The translations under genes and the position numbers were made by a program. A DNA stretch of 64,000 bases from assembly GCA_019057795.1 (NCBI GenBank), contig JAHLWS010000065.1, forward strand, positions 32,001 through 96,000, in the 5' to 3' direction. The notes beneath the pieces are model-generated. The model was not told the origin of the DNA. It did no database searches and saw only the letters and a list, made by a program, of their open reading frames with translations. Below are positions 10,356-21,396 of the stretch, one piece after another (positions within the stretch are counted from its first letter, which is position 1; every line of letters begins with the position of its first letter). The stretch is from Promethearchaeota archaeon (GTDB taxonomy: Archaea > Asgardarchaeota > Lokiarchaeia > Sigyniarchaeales > SOKP01).

Positions 10356-12524
10356 ATGGTGAGTCATATAACTCAATGTACAAAAACGCTGTGTCTCGAC
10401 GAAGGTTTTGAAGTAGAAAAAGAATCTCTTTTTGAAAAAAAATTTTGGTATTTCATAATTCCATCATTGATCTTGCTTGGATTATCAATCACTTTAGAAC
10501 TTCTAACTGACTCTGTTTTATTAAGTCAGGTTTTAGCTGCTGCTTCAATTCTACTCTCAGGTTATGGAATATTAAAAGAGGCTATAGAAGATGTCTTATC
10601 TAAAAAGATTACAGCTAATATTCTAATGTTAGTCGCTGGTATTGCGTCTTTCTTTATATTGCATGGTCAGGAAGGCGCTATGGCGATTTTACTTTATGCA
10701 ATAGCTGAATATTTAGAGGAATTAACTACTGAAAAATCTAAAAATGCGATCAAAGAATTACTTGAATTAGCTCCAGATGACGCTCTATTAAAGATTGAAG
10801 ATAGCTACGAGAAAGTACCGACTGAAACTGTAAAAATCGGTGAAATAATCGGTATTAAACCAGGAATGAAAGCCCCTCTGGATGGAATAATTGTAAAAGG
10901 GAAATCTTATTTCGACGAAAGTGCAATAACAGGCGAGTCCTTACCTATTTTCAAAGAAGAAAACGATGAAATCTTTGCCGCAAGTATTAATAACGATAGT
11001 TTTGTGGATATAGAAGTAATAAGAGAGAGTTCAAACACAGTTGTGGCCAAAATAGCCGAAAGTATTAAATTAGCTCAACAAAACAAAAGCGATAGCGAAC
11101 GATTTATTGAAAAGTTTGCTAAATATTATACGCCAATTATATTGATTAGCGCGCTCCTTGTTATGATTATACCCACGGTCGTATTTAGCCTTGATTTTAA
11201 CGTGTGGTTTTACCGAGGTTTAATTTTATTAGTAGTTTCTTGTCCTTGTGCTCTCACATTGTCAACTCCTTTAGCTAATATAGCCGCGCTCACAAAATTG
11301 GCAAAGGAAGGAATACTGGTTAAAGGAAACAAATTTATTGAAATAGCGAAAAATATCGAGTTAATTGCGTTTGATAAGACCGGAACTCTTACGGAAGGAA
11401 ATTTAAAAGTTTTTAATATTATTAATTATTCCAGCAATAATAATAATAAACAAGAGATTCTTAAAATAGCTGCTAGCTTAGAAATTCTTTCAGAGCACCC
11501 AATTGGAAAAGCTATCGTTTATCAAGCGAAACAAATGCAATTACCGTTATATAATGTGGAAGACTTTAGAATTACTAAAGGTAAAGGTATTAAAGGAGTA
11601 ATTCAAGGGGAAGTATATTATGTAGGAAGTAAGAATTACCTTGAAGAATTAAAGATTGACCTTCCTGATGATATCTTTGAAGAAACCGAATTATCTGGAA
11701 CTATTCCTATATTACTTGGAAACAATAAAACTATTATGGGTATAATTACAATCAGAGATGTGTTAAGAGTTTCAGCACCCCTCTTAGTCGACGGTTTGAA
11801 AAAACGAGGTTATAAGTCAGTCCTTATTTCGGGAGATAATCAGCTAGTATGTAACACAATAGGGGAATGTTTAGATATAGATTCTTACTACGGTGAATTG
11901 TTACCCGACCAAAAATTAGAGGAAATTGAAAATTTTAAAAAGAAATTTAACGGAGTGGCTATGGTTGGTGACGGAATAAACGATGCTCCAGCCTTAGCAT
12001 TATCAGATTTAGGAATTGCGATCGGTGCTTCGGCAACGGATTTAACTTTAGAAACAGCGGATGTTATTATAATGAGCGACGATTTAAAGAAAATTATAAC
12101 CTTCTTTGATATTACAAAAAGGACCAATAGAATCATAAGACAAAACATTTGGACTTCGATAATTGTCAAAGTTGCTTTCGCGATTCTCACAGTCTTAGGT
12201 TTTATGACGCTGTGGCTTGCGGTTGGAATAGCCGATATGGGCGTGTCATTACTCGTTTTAATCAATGGAATGACCATTTTCAGGTATAAAATAAAGTTTA
12301 AAGAACTCTCTTTAGAGAACTTAGAAAGCAATGCAAAATTAATTCTTTGTCAAAGTTGCGAAACTAAAAAAATTATACCTCAACACCATGGTCGAGATAT
12401 GATCGAAAAAGATGGAAAACTAATTTGTTGGAGAAAATTACTAAGTAGCGAAGATTTAGAACCATGTCAAGAGGAATTACCTTTATTTTGCCCTAAATGT
12501 AATAATGAGTTACATGTAATTTAA
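10356..12524 (+). CDS. P1B-type heavy-metal ATPase (Zn/Cd type) with Cys/His-rich C-terminal metal-binding tail
   Basis: TGES, CPC, DKTGTLT, HP and GDGINDAP motifs; C-terminal CQSC...HH...C...CPKC. Confidence 0.92.
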   Translation: MVSHITQCTKTLCLDEGFEVEKESLFEKKFWYFIIPSLILLGLSITLELLTDSVLLSQVLAAASILLSGYGILKEAIEDVLSKKITANILMLVAGIASFFILHGQEGAMAILLYAIAEYLEELTTEKSKNAIKELLELAPDDALLKIEDSYEKVPTETVKIGEIIGIKPGMKAPLDGIIVKGKSYFDESAITGESLPIFKEENDEIFAASINNDSFVDIEVIRESSNTVVAKIAESIKLAQQNKSDSERFIEKFAKYYTPIILISALLVMIIPTVVFSLDFNVWFYRGLILLVVSCPCALTLSTPLANIAALTKLAKEGILVKGNKFIEIAKNIELIAFDKTGTLTEGNLKVFNIINYSSNNNNKQEILKIAASLEILSEHPIGKAIVYQAKQMQLPLYNVEDFRITKGKGIKGVIQGEVYYVGSKNYLEELKIDLPDDIFEETELSGTIPILLGNNKTIMGIITIRDVLRVSAPLLVDGLKKRGYKSVLISGDNQLVCNTIGECLDIDSYYGELLPDQKLEEIENFKKKFNGVAMVGDGINDAPALALSDLGIAIGASATDLTLETADVIIMSDDLKKIITFFDITKRTNRIIRQNIWTSIIVKVAFAILTVLGFMTLWLAVGIADMGVSLLVLINGMTIFRYKIKFKELSLENLESNAKLILCQSCETKKIIPQHHGRDMIEKDGKLICWRKLLSSEDLEPCQEELPLFCPKCNNELHVI

Positions 12525-12699
12525 ATCTGCGATTTTTTAAAAAATCTTCTTTCTTTCTCATTTAAAAGAATAAAAATAACTCTTTTTCAAACCCAAGTAA
12601 TAATCTGATATACAATGTAAAAAAGAAACCTAATGATATCTTTTATTGTCTAAACATAAAGATTCTTTCCCAATTATTTTAAAAGTAAGAATGTTTAAA

Positions 12700-12784
12700 T
12701 GCGGGAAGGGAGATTCGAACTCCCGAACCCCTACGGGACTGGATTCTGAGTCCAGCGCCTTTGACCAAGCTTGGCAATTCCCGC
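12700..12784 (-). tRNA. tRNA-Leu(CAG), intronless, CCA not encoded
   Basis: GCGGGAATTGCCAAGCTTGGTCAAAGGCGCTGGACT-CAG-AATCCAGTCCCGTAGGGGTTCGGGAGTTCGAATCTCCCTTCCCGCA; cloverleaf with long variable arm. Confidence 0.95.
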
Positions 12785-12981
12785 ATTGAATTAATTTTCG
12801 AAAGTTTCCTTTGCCAATAATATTAGAGACTGAGGAATATAATTACACGAAATTTTTATATCTTGTGAACTTTGCAGTTGTTAAAGTCCAGTTTTTAAAA
12901 TACTAAAATTAAGAAAAACCTAATATTAAAATAAATTAAAATCTTATACATCGATAACTAATCGAAAGGGGAATTTAAATA

Positions 12982-13776
12982 ATGCCTAAGGTTAAAATTA
13001 ATAATTTTAATTTATACTACGAAGTTTACGGCGAAGGCCATCCTCTATTAATGATCTTAGGTTTGGGGGCAAATACTAGCTGGTGGGGGAGATATTTTCT
13101 TAAAGAGTTAGCAAAACATTTTAAAGTTATTGTGTTCGATAATAGAGGAACAGGACAATCTGACGATCCCAAACTGGATTACAAAATAAAATCATTAGCA
13201 GATGACACAATTGGTTTAATGGATGCCTTAAACATTGATTATGCTCATCTTTTCGGGCACTCAATGGGAGGTGGTATTGCCCAAGAGTTGGTTCTAAACT
13301 ATGATAGGGTAAATAAGTTAATTTTATGTTCCACAAGTTGTGGCGGCCCTAAATCTATTTTAGCATCTCCAGAAGTATTACAAATTGTAGGGAAGCCAAG
13401 AGAGGGCCGAACTATAGAAGAAATAGCAAAAGAAACTTTGACTATATTCTATTCAAACGAATTCATAAAAAACAACCCTATGCTTATTGGATATGCGATT
13501 CAAAACATGGGAAAAACGCCAATGTCGCCCGAAAATTACGAACGTCAAACAAAGGCAATTGAATCGTTCAACACATGCGATAAATTAAAAGAATTAAAGA
13601 AATCTACCTTAATCATGCATGGAAAGAAGGACATTTTAGTTCCACCTCAAAACGCCAAAATCCTCGCTGAATTAATAGTAAATTCCCAAATCACTTGGTT
13701 TAATAAAAGCGCACATGCTCCTTTTGTCGAAGAACCATATTTGGTCTTAAATGCTATAATTGAATTTCTGAAATAA
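12982..13776 (+). CDS. Alpha/beta hydrolase
   Basis: GHSMGG nucleophile elbow, DNRGTG, catalytic D and H near the C-terminus. Confidence 0.9.
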   Translation: MPKVKINNFNLYYEVYGEGHPLLMILGLGANTSWWGRYFLKELAKHFKVIVFDNRGTGQSDDPKLDYKIKSLADDTIGLMDALNIDYAHLFGHSMGGGIAQELVLNYDRVNKLILCSTSCGGPKSILASPEVLQIVGKPREGRTIEEIAKETLTIFYSNEFIKNNPMLIGYAIQNMGKTPMSPENYERQTKAIESFNTCDKLKELKKSTLIMHGKKDILVPPQNAKILAELIVNSQITWFNKSAHAPFVEEPYLVLNAIIEFLK

Positions 13777-13867
13777 ATTCTACATCTATTTTTAAAGCAA
13801 AAATAATAATATATTATTAATCCTAACTAGAGTTATTAAGTAAAGAAAGCAATTTAAATTAAATAAA

Positions 13868-14632
13868 ATGCCAGACGAGCAACCCCCAGCTAAAAATAAC
13901 ACGAAAGAAGAAGAAAATATTCCTGAAAGACAAGTTCAAGAGATTATCGTTTATCAATTCAATGACGAAATCGGTGAATTCCAGGAATTGATTATTGATC
14001 CTGACCTACGATTATCAGAGTTGTTAGATGATGATTTTGTTCTTCTTTTTGTAGATCCGCAGCATTATAGAGTCTGGCTGTGGTACGGCTATAATTGTAC
14101 TACAAGAATGAAATTCATCGCTGCAAAGATTTCTCCAGCTATAAGAGACAAACACGGAGTTGCCTTTAAAATTACTGCTGTTGACCAAGATGACGAAACA
14201 CATGGTTTTAAAGAAATGATGGGGTTAGAGAAAGCGATCGATTATGAACTTACTCAAACTGGACCTGCTTATGAAGGTACAGCTGAAGATCTTGAGCTTC
14301 TTGAGTCTTTATCGAGGGAAAAAATAATCCTAATACTTGAAAAAGCGGGAATTCCTGAAGGATTTGAACGAAAAATTGTTATTGTAAAAAATGATATCTT
14401 TGGGTATCGCGAATATGAACGAAATTATCTAGGTTCTGTAATTAAAGAAAAGCAGTTATTCCCTTTAAAAGAAGAAATCGAAGATGGAACCTATTTAGCT
14501 GATAAATATATCCCCAGAATGCTTTTTTCGTATAATAAGGTTGTGCTAACCGAGCTGTTGCAGAGGGTAGAAGTGGAAGAAGGAGGAGAAGGCGATGATA
14601 TCATAAAAAAAAAGCCACTTAAAGTAAAATAA
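13868..14632 (+). CDS. Gelsolin-domain protein (Asgard type)
   Basis: LDDDFVLLFVDP...RVWLWYGYNCTTRMKFIAAK...VDQDDETHGF resembles one gelsolin repeat. Confidence 0.7.
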   Translation: MPDEQPPAKNNTKEEENIPERQVQEIIVYQFNDEIGEFQELIIDPDLRLSELLDDDFVLLFVDPQHYRVWLWYGYNCTTRMKFIAAKISPAIRDKHGVAFKITAVDQDDETHGFKEMMGLEKAIDYELTQTGPAYEGTAEDLELLESLSREKIILILEKAGIPEGFERKIVIVKNDIFGYREYERNYLGSVIKEKQLFPLKEEIEDGTYLADKYIPRMLFSYNKVVLTELLQRVEVEEGGEGDDIIKKKPLKVK

Positions 14633-14784
14633 TGAATAAAATGAGTTCATTAAAATCAAAACGGTACCAAAAAAGAAAGAAGTATATACGAAAAAAGCAG
14701 AATAAAAAGGCATGGATAACATTAGCGCTAATATCGATATTTCTAGTTAGTATTTTAGTAAGTGTTATTATTGCGATAGTTTAA
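14632..14784 (+). CDS. Small basic tail-anchored membrane protein (50 aa)
   Basis: The ATG overlaps the upstream stop (TAATG). MNKMSSLKSKRYQKRKKYIRKKQNKRAW is followed by a hydrophobic C-terminal helix. Confidence 0.55.
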   Translation: MNKMSSLKSKRYQKRKKYIRKKQNKKAWITLALISIFLVSILVSVIIAIV

Positions 14785-14865
14785 ATCCCTTAATGTTTCT
14801 AAACGATCAACTATTTAATGAACTTCTTTTTATTTTACATAATAACATCATGAAGTATTAATTAA

Positions 14866-15578
14866 ATGAAGTTAAAACGAATAGATTACGTCTTTATAAT
14901 TCTGTTAATCGTGCTTACGATTATTTCAATTGATTTCCTATTAAATGAAGCTCATAGAGAAGCTATAGAAAACCTTTCCAAATATCCCCCCTTTCAAAAT
15001 TTAGCATCTGGGCTTCTAATAACCTTTCTTGTTTGTTTAATAGGAAACCTATTACCTATTCCTACACCATATACATTTGTAGTTTGCTTTAGTTCGCTTC
15101 CATTTTTACAATTAAATTTGATCATCCCTTTAATTGTCGCTTTAAAGCAAGTTTAGGTTGTTTATTTGGCGAATTGGGGGGTTATTTTGTTGGTAGAGGC
15201 GTTTCAGAGTTCATTTCTGAAGAACAGAGAAAAAAATTAAAGAATTATCAACAGTTCTTAGTAGAACATCCAAAAATTGCTCCTTTTGCTATATTTTTTG
15301 CCGCTTTAACTCCCATATCTGACGATCTTATCACAATTCCCCTTGGATTAATAAAATATTCTTTGAAAAAGACAATATTTTGGTGTTGGCTTGGGAAATT
15401 AGGTTTGATGTTAATTTTCTCTTATAACTTCTTAAATATTTGCAGTTTATTGGGAGGAGAAAGTTGGATTCTAAGCGTAGTTTCATTATATGTTATGGTA
15501 ATCTTCTTATATGCTATGTTGAAAATAAATTTTCTAGACTTAGTAAAAAAATATGTAAAAAGAAAATCAAATAAATAA
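14866..15578 (+). pseudogene. VTT/DedA-family membrane protein with a frameshift near 15144
   Basis: ...IVAL shifts frame into ASLGCLFGELGGYFVG...FAALTPISDD; a single indel (mutation or assembly error). Confidence 0.65.
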
Positions 15579-15597
15579 AAAGTTATGGATTTTTAAT

Positions 15598-17130
15598 TTA
15601 CTTTTCCTTAATTGAGATTTCCGTACCTGGTAAAGAAACGCTCCCCGATGTCATCCCTTCGGCTTTCATATAATCGTCGATCGTTCTTTCTTCTACTTCT
15701 TTAATATATTCTTGTAGTTCAGAATGGATATCTTGAGAAAGTTCAGGAGGGTTATAATCCCGCAATATTTCCTCGACTTTTTCGCGAGCTGACTCCATAA
15801 TATCTTTTGAACCCTTCTTTCGCCAAGTACTTCTTCTATTCCTATTAATAAGTTTATGAATTGGCATATATAATTCTTGCTTCATATGTTTACGCGTGTG
15901 TTTTTCAGCCAAGAAAGTAGCACCAGGCTTTTCATTCAATGCTATTTTTTTAATAGTTTCTAACCCTATTGTATCATCATTTACAATAATACCCTCAGTT
16001 GCTCTTTTTACCATGCCAGCTAACTCGTCATCAATTACAAGAAGCTCCAAAGCTTCGACTAAAGTAGCTTCGTAAGTCCCAGCGCACGTAATGTAATTTA
16101 TTCCAGCCTGTGCTGCAAGTAAAAGCGTCTGAAATCGTTCAAAACCATTTTGTAGGTCGAAACATTTAGAATCGGTTACCAAACCAGGACCTCTTGAAGG
16201 AATATTGTAAAATCGCGCAAGTTGTGCAATACCCACAGTGATAAGTCCAGTTTCAATACTCCCAATAGCTGAGTTCCCAGATCGCATGTCAGTTATGTGA
16301 GATACGGTTCCATAAAAAATTGGAGCTCCCGGGTTAAAGATTTGAGCAAGAATAGCACCACCAAGAATTTCAGCGTTGGTTTGGGCTAATAATCCCGCTA
16401 AGGTAACTGGTGCTGAGGATCCAGCAAGAGCTTCAGGAGCAACTATTGTTGGCTGCTTGTATTTCGCAAAGATTTGTAATCCATTTGTCATGATTTGGGG
16501 GAAATGAAGCGGGCTAGTAGGGCTAAAAAACCCAACAAGGCGAGGTCTGTTAATTAATTCATCATTTCCTCCTACAACTATAGAGACCATGTTCATCATA
16601 TCTGTACTTGCAAGCTTCCCGTAAACGCCTAGGCCGTAAGGTTTTCTGGTATTTTTAGCCCATTCATAGATACAACGTACGTGGATTGTTGTGTATTGTA
16701 TATCTCCCGGCCACACATCTACATGTGAACATACGATGTTTTCCAGACTATCTACGACTCGTATCTGTTTAATCGTATCATCTAATAAAGATTTTCGTAT
16801 GCCACTCTTATTCTCGGGATCGTATATTTTAACTGGAGTTCCTATAGTTGCAAAAATGGTATCGTGCGTATTTACTTTAAAATTAAAAGAGCCATCAGGT
16901 CCGTGTAATTTAAAAGAACTAGGGACTTTTTTTATCTGCTCTTCAATAAAATTTTCAGGGAATTTTACAAATTTGGTATTATCATTAATAATAGCGCCTT
17001 TTTCCTGAAGTAACTCCCTAACATCTTGAGTATCAATTTTAATACCGACTGTTGATAGTAATTCCATAGATGCGGAATGAATTAATTCAATTTCATCCTT
17101 CGTTAAAACCTCAATTTGATTCATTTTCAT
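15598..17130 (-). CDS. MttB-superfamily corrinoid methyltransferase, non-pyrrolysine type
   Basis: SPLHF, GSSAPVTLAGLLAQTNAEIL and TDSK motifs; no TAG at the position where Pyl is expected. Confidence 0.9.
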   Translation of the reverse strand: MKMNQIEVLTKDEIELIHSASMELLSTVGIKIDTQDVRELLQEKGAIINDNTKFVKFPENFIEEQIKKVPSSFKLHGPDGSFNFKVNTHDTIFATIGTPVKIYDPENKSGIRKSLLDDTIKQIRVVDSLENIVCSHVDVWPGDIQYTTIHVRCIYEWAKNTRKPYGLGVYGKLASTDMMNMVSIVVGGNDELINRPRLVGFFSPTSPLHFPQIMTNGLQIFAKYKQPTIVAPEALAGSSAPVTLAGLLAQTNAEILGGAILAQIFNPGAPIFYGTVSHITDMRSGNSAIGSIETGLITVGIAQLARFYNIPSRGPGLVTDSKCFDLQNGFERFQTLLLAAQAGINYITCAGTYEATLVEALELLVIDDELAGMVKRATEGIIVNDDTIGLETIKKIALNEKPGATFLAEKHTRKHMKQELYMPIHKLINRNRRSTWRKKGSKDIMESAREKVEEILRDYNPPELSQDIHSELQEYIKEVEERTIDDYMKAEGMTSGSVSLPGTEISIKEK

Positions 17131-17160
17131 AGTTAATCAGACTTACACTCTTATTTTTAT

Positions 17161-17802
17161 CTATTCAATTAATTTCTTTACTAAGTTTACCGTTTCAATA
17201 GCATCGTCTGCCCAACCATCGGCTCCAATTTGCTCAGACCATTCATCTGTTGTAGGAGCACCGCCAACGATAACCTTATATTTCTCCCTCAATCCCCTCT
17301 TTTTCAATTCTTCTATAACTTGTCGTTGAAAATCCATAGACATCGTTAATAACGAAGACATTCCTATAATTTTGGCGCCAATTTCTTCTGCTTTATTAAT
17401 AAACTCGTCAGCAGTAACCTCTACTCCTAAATTATAGACATCAAACCCATTAGAAAAAAGAAAAGACGCTACTAAATCCTTCCCAATACTATGTACATCG
17501 CTTTCAACGGTTCCAATAACGATTTTTCCGAGCGTTTTCTTTTCACTACCAGAAGCTCTAATTGCCGGGTCTAATACATCGTCGATTACGGTTTTAACGA
17601 CTCCCGCAGCACCAATTAAGTCAGGTAGAAAAATTTCTTCATTTTCAAATTGAGAACCTATAAATTTCATAAGATTACCAATAATTTCCAAGAGTTCTTC
17701 CGCAGACGCTTCTTGGTTATCTAACACGGAATTACATAGATTTTTCAAACCATCCTCATCCCATTCTTCAACAAGTTCTTTCACTTGTTCTTCTAATGAC
17801 AT
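17161..17802 (-). CDS. Methyltransferase cognate corrinoid protein
   Basis: B12-binding motif DVHSIGK...MSSL...VGGAP. Confidence 0.92.
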   Translation of the reverse strand: MSLEEQVKELVEEWDEDGLKNLCNSVLDNQEASAEELLEIIGNLMKFIGSQFENEEIFLPDLIGAAGVVKTVIDDVLDPAIRASGSEKKTLGKIVIGTVESDVHSIGKDLVASFLFSNGFDVYNLGVEVTADEFINKAEEIGAKIIGMSSLLTMSMDFQRQVIEELKKRGLREKYKVIVGGAPTTDEWSEQIGADGWADDAIETVNLVKKLIE

Positions 17803-17971
17803 TTTGATTCCTCTGAATAATAGAATTTAATATATAGTTTTTATTTATTACTAACCTTTATGAAAGAAAAAGTTTTTCAAAAAGTAGATAAATTAATGCT
17901 TTCTAGAACTAAAATATTGAAATAATATCTTGTTAAGAGAATTTAAATATCTTATCTGGTTTGAAATAACA

Positions 17972-18043
17972 ATGAGAATGAATCAAATTGAAGTTTTAAC
18001 GAAGGATGAAATTGAACAAGTAATTACTGGTTTAGAGGGATAA
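17972..18043 (+). repeat. Inverted copy of the MttB 5' end forming a 23-aa mini-ORF
   Basis: 17972..18016 matches the reverse complement of 17086..17130 at 43/45 nt; the ORF reads MRMNQIEVLTKDEIEQVITGLEG*. Confidence 0.85.
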
Positions 18044-18045
18044 AA

Positions 18046-19320
18046 ATGGCAGAAAAAAAACCACAGGATCAAATCAATAAAGAATTAAGAGAAAAGTGGG
18101 ATGAGCTAGAATTCGATTCACAACTAATTAGAGCTGGAGAAGACCCATACCCTAGCACTACTCATAGTTTACGCGTACCCTTATATGCTACTAAATCATA
18201 CGTATACTCCTCCTTAACAGAACTTTTAAAGCACCATTACTTTTATTCAAGAACAGAAAACCCTACATTGTTTGCTTTGGATAAGAAGCTCGCAACATTG
18301 CATGGGGGAGACGATGCTATATCCGTTGCTTCTGGGATGGCAGCAGTTCATCTTGCTTGTTCGAGCGTCCTCCAAAAACGGATTAAGAGAGTCAAACCGA
18401 AAAATTTATCCAAGTATTACCCTCAAAGTAAACCAGATCATATTCCAAACTTTATTATGCATAAAAACCAATACACTGGAACATATCGCCTTTTTACAAA
18501 TTTATATCCACAAATTGGATACAAACCGAAAATAATTGATATGCGGGATTTAAACGCTGTCAAAAAGGCTATTGACGAACAGACTAAGTTTGTATTTGTT
18601 GAGACACCTGCAAACCCCACAATTGACGTAATAAACATTCAGAAATGCGCTGAACTTATTCACGAAATAGGAGGAAAATGTATTGTGGATAACACATTCG
18701 CAAGTCCAGCTTTACAAAAACCAATAAAATTAGGCGCTGATTTAGTGATTGAGAGTTTAACTAAATATATTAATGGACACGGTGATTGCCTTGGTGGGGC
18801 AATAATTGGTCCCAAAAACGAGTTACAAAATATTCGGTATTTCTAGTTAGAGACTCAAGGAGCCGTTTTAAGTCCGTTTAGCGCATGGCTCATTTTGCGC
18901 GGATGTAGAACTCTTAGCTTGCGAATGAAAAGACATAGTTCAAGTGCAATGAAAATAGCAGAATTCTTGAGTAAACATCCAAAAGTGACAAATGTTGTTT
19001 ACCCGGGATTAGAATCAGATTTGGGACACGAAATCGCTAAAATGCAAATGACGGATTTTGGTGGCATGATTGGTTTCGAATTAGAGTCGATGGATGCTAG
19101 TTACAGGTTTATCGATTTATTAAAACTAATCAAAGTCGGAGTATCGTTAGGAGACACGACTTCTTTAATCGAATATACTGCTGTTATGACGGGAATTGAT
19201 CTAGCTTCGTGGGAAAAGCGAACTATGGGAATGTCTGATACTCACTTTAGATTTTCGGTTGGTTTAGAAGATCCTAAGGATTTAATTACGGATTTAGATC
19301 AGGCATTAAAAAATTCATAA
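18046..19320 (+). pseudogene. Methionine gamma-lyase / trans-sulfuration PLP enzyme interrupted by in-frame TAG at 18844-18846
   Basis: YSRTENPT, SGMAA, ETPANP, DNTF and SLTKYINGHGD motifs. The sequence reads IRYF*LETQGAVLSPFSAWLILRG in one frame. Confidence 0.75.
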
Positions 19321-19391
19321 GTGAATTAAGATTAGAATTTGAACCTAAAATAAAAAAAAGAGTGTTAAAAAATTTTATATAGTTAATACAT

Positions 19392-20774
19392 TTAAGTAAC
19401 TTTTTCTTTCTTCTGGTTATGAAGCTCCGTTATTTGTTGCTTAATCTCTTCAACTCTAGATTTTGAGAAGGGATAAAATTTTAAACAAATCAGGTTTAGA
19501 CCTAGTGCAATGGCGGGGAACAAAAATACTAATAATCTGAGCCCAAGAATTATATCTACATCAGGTGAAGGTTGGTAATCTCCCCAACCCGTCGCTGTGA
19601 ATATGAACCCCACAGTTACAATAGAAAGAACCATTGAAAGCCGCATGAAGAAATTTGTAATTCCAAAGAAGATTCCCTCGTGTCGTACACCGGTTTTTAA
19701 TTCATCCTCGTCAATAACATCTGCAATAATCAGGTAAATGAAATACAGCATGCCTCCAAATCCAAAACCCATTAAGGATACTACAATTAATGCTAGTTCA
19801 TATGTCTCTAGAAATAACAATGGGATTGAAGCAACAAAATAAGCGACAATTGAGATAAAATATCCTTTTTTGCTTCCAAGTTTAACATCTAACTTCTTCC
19901 AAATTAATACCGTGGCAATTCCTACGATAAACAACAACCCTAACATTATCGATGTGAGAAATGTACTTTCTTGATTTAGAACATGCAAACTATACAACGG
20001 TACGGTTGTTGCGAGCACAAGTAGGACATACTCATATAAGAAAAACATAAGTGTATAGAGTACAAAACCTTTGTTCTTTAAAGTATATTTTAATCCTCCA
20101 AAAAAGGAAAAGGCCTGCTTATAATCTTCTTTAAATTCTACACGTTCAACAGCACCCCATTTTAGAAAAATAAGCATTGTTATTCCTACGATTATTGATG
20201 TAACAATACCATTTGTTAAGTAACCAGACATCTTTGTCAAGTCTATAATTAAGAACCCTGGAACTAAGAAAGCTAATATCAACCCCACTGTAGATAAAAT
20301 TTGTCTAATAGTATTTACTTGGGCTCGGTCTTCTACAGACGTATACAATTCAGGAAATAATGAATCTGAAGGTAAGGCTAACATGGTATAGAAGGTATCA
20401 TAACATATAAGCATGATAAGAAGATAGAAAAATCCTAATATTTGATTACCAACAGGGGGCAACCATAAGATTATCTCAATTATGAGAACAGGTATTAATC
20501 CAATCATTATATATGGTTTTCGTCGACCCCAGCGAGTATGTGTACGATCTGAAAGGTAACCAATTAGGGGGTCATTTACTGCGTTCCAAATTGTCCATAA
20601 AACATATGCTAACATTATATACGGTATTTCCAAGCCAACAGCGACATAGTAAAAAGAAAAAACCCATGTATTAAATGCACTATTAATAAAAAATAGTCCA
20701 AACGAAATTGTCCCGAAACTCCACTTTTGTAGCGCCCCAAATTCTTGAGTACTTCTATTTTTATTTTGATTCAT
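19392..20774 (-). CDS. MFS transporter, GPH (Na+/melibiose symporter-like) family
   Basis: NAVNDPLIGYLSDRTHTRWGRRKP motif; about 12 TM helices. Confidence 0.9.
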   Translation of the reverse strand: MNQNKNRSTQEFGALQKWSFGTISFGLFFINSAFNTWVFSFYYVAVGLEIPYIMLAYVLWTIWNAVNDPLIGYLSDRTHTRWGRRKPYIMIGLIPVLIIEIILWLPPVGNQILGFFYLLIMLICYDTFYTMLALPSDSLFPELYTSVEDRAQVNTIRQILSTVGLILAFLVPGFLIIDLTKMSGYLTNGIVTSIIVGITMLIFLKWGAVERVEFKEDYKQAFSFFGGLKYTLKNKGFVLYTLMFFLYEYVLLVLATTVPLYSLHVLNQESTFLTSIMLGLLFIVGIATVLIWKKLDVKLGSKKGYFISIVAYFVASIPLLFLETYELALIVVSLMGFGFGGMLYFIYLIIADVIDEDELKTGVRHEGIFFGITNFFMRLSMVLSIVTVGFIFTATGWGDYQPSPDVDIILGLRLLVFLFPAIALGLNLICLKFYPFSKSRVEEIKQQITELHNQKKEKVT

Positions 20775-21005
20775 CTTTTTAATCCAAAAATTTAATTATT
20801 TAATTGTTTATTTTTGAAATTTATATAAGGTATTAGATTTTTTCACATATAAAAATAAGCAATTTTAGACTATTTCTAATTCAGATTATAAATATAAAGA
20901 AGTAGATTATGGTAAATTTAAAATTTATTATTATAATTATATGTTTAATATTGCTGTATATCTCTACAAACTAAGAAAAGTCAAGTAGAAAAGGGTTATC
21001 GTGCT

Positions 21006-21218
21006 TTACTCTCTAGAATATTTCTCTATAATATAATTTTGCAAAGACCAAGCATACTTTTCGAGATTTAGAATTAAAACTTTTTGTTGTATTTCTCTTA
21101 AGTACGATACATCAAAACTTTCAAATAATCCTTTAAGGTGATCTATTGCGTTAAAAACTTCTACGATAACCTTCCAATCGCTCGCCCATTCCTTATCTTG
21201 AATTTCTAATTGATTCAT
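21006..21218 (-). CDS. Hypothetical small protein
   Basis: 70-aa ORF with ATG and protein-like composition. Confidence 0.55.
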   Translation of the reverse strand: MNQLEIQDKEWASDWKVIVEVFNAIDHLKGLFESFDVSYLREIQQKVLILNLEKYAWSLQNYIIEKYSRE

Positions 21219-21396
21219 TTTATGAAATTGTAAATTTTAATGTTTTTTAATTGAATTATAACTTCTTTATGAATCCTATAGTTACACCCATTAAAAAATG
21301 TTTAGATATCTATGATTTAGTAATTTCAATATATCGCGAAATTTGAATACGATTTATCAATTTTAGAGAAGATTAATTTTGTAATTTTATTCTGGA

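Noticed and set aside
15135-15175. Frameshift in the VTT/DedA gene as an intron or programmed shift
   Set aside because: It is explained by a single indel, with no BHB structure or clear slippery site.
16170-16200. Pyrrolysine codon in the MttB-family gene
   Set aside because: The ORF is uninterrupted, with sense codons at the position where Pyl is expected.
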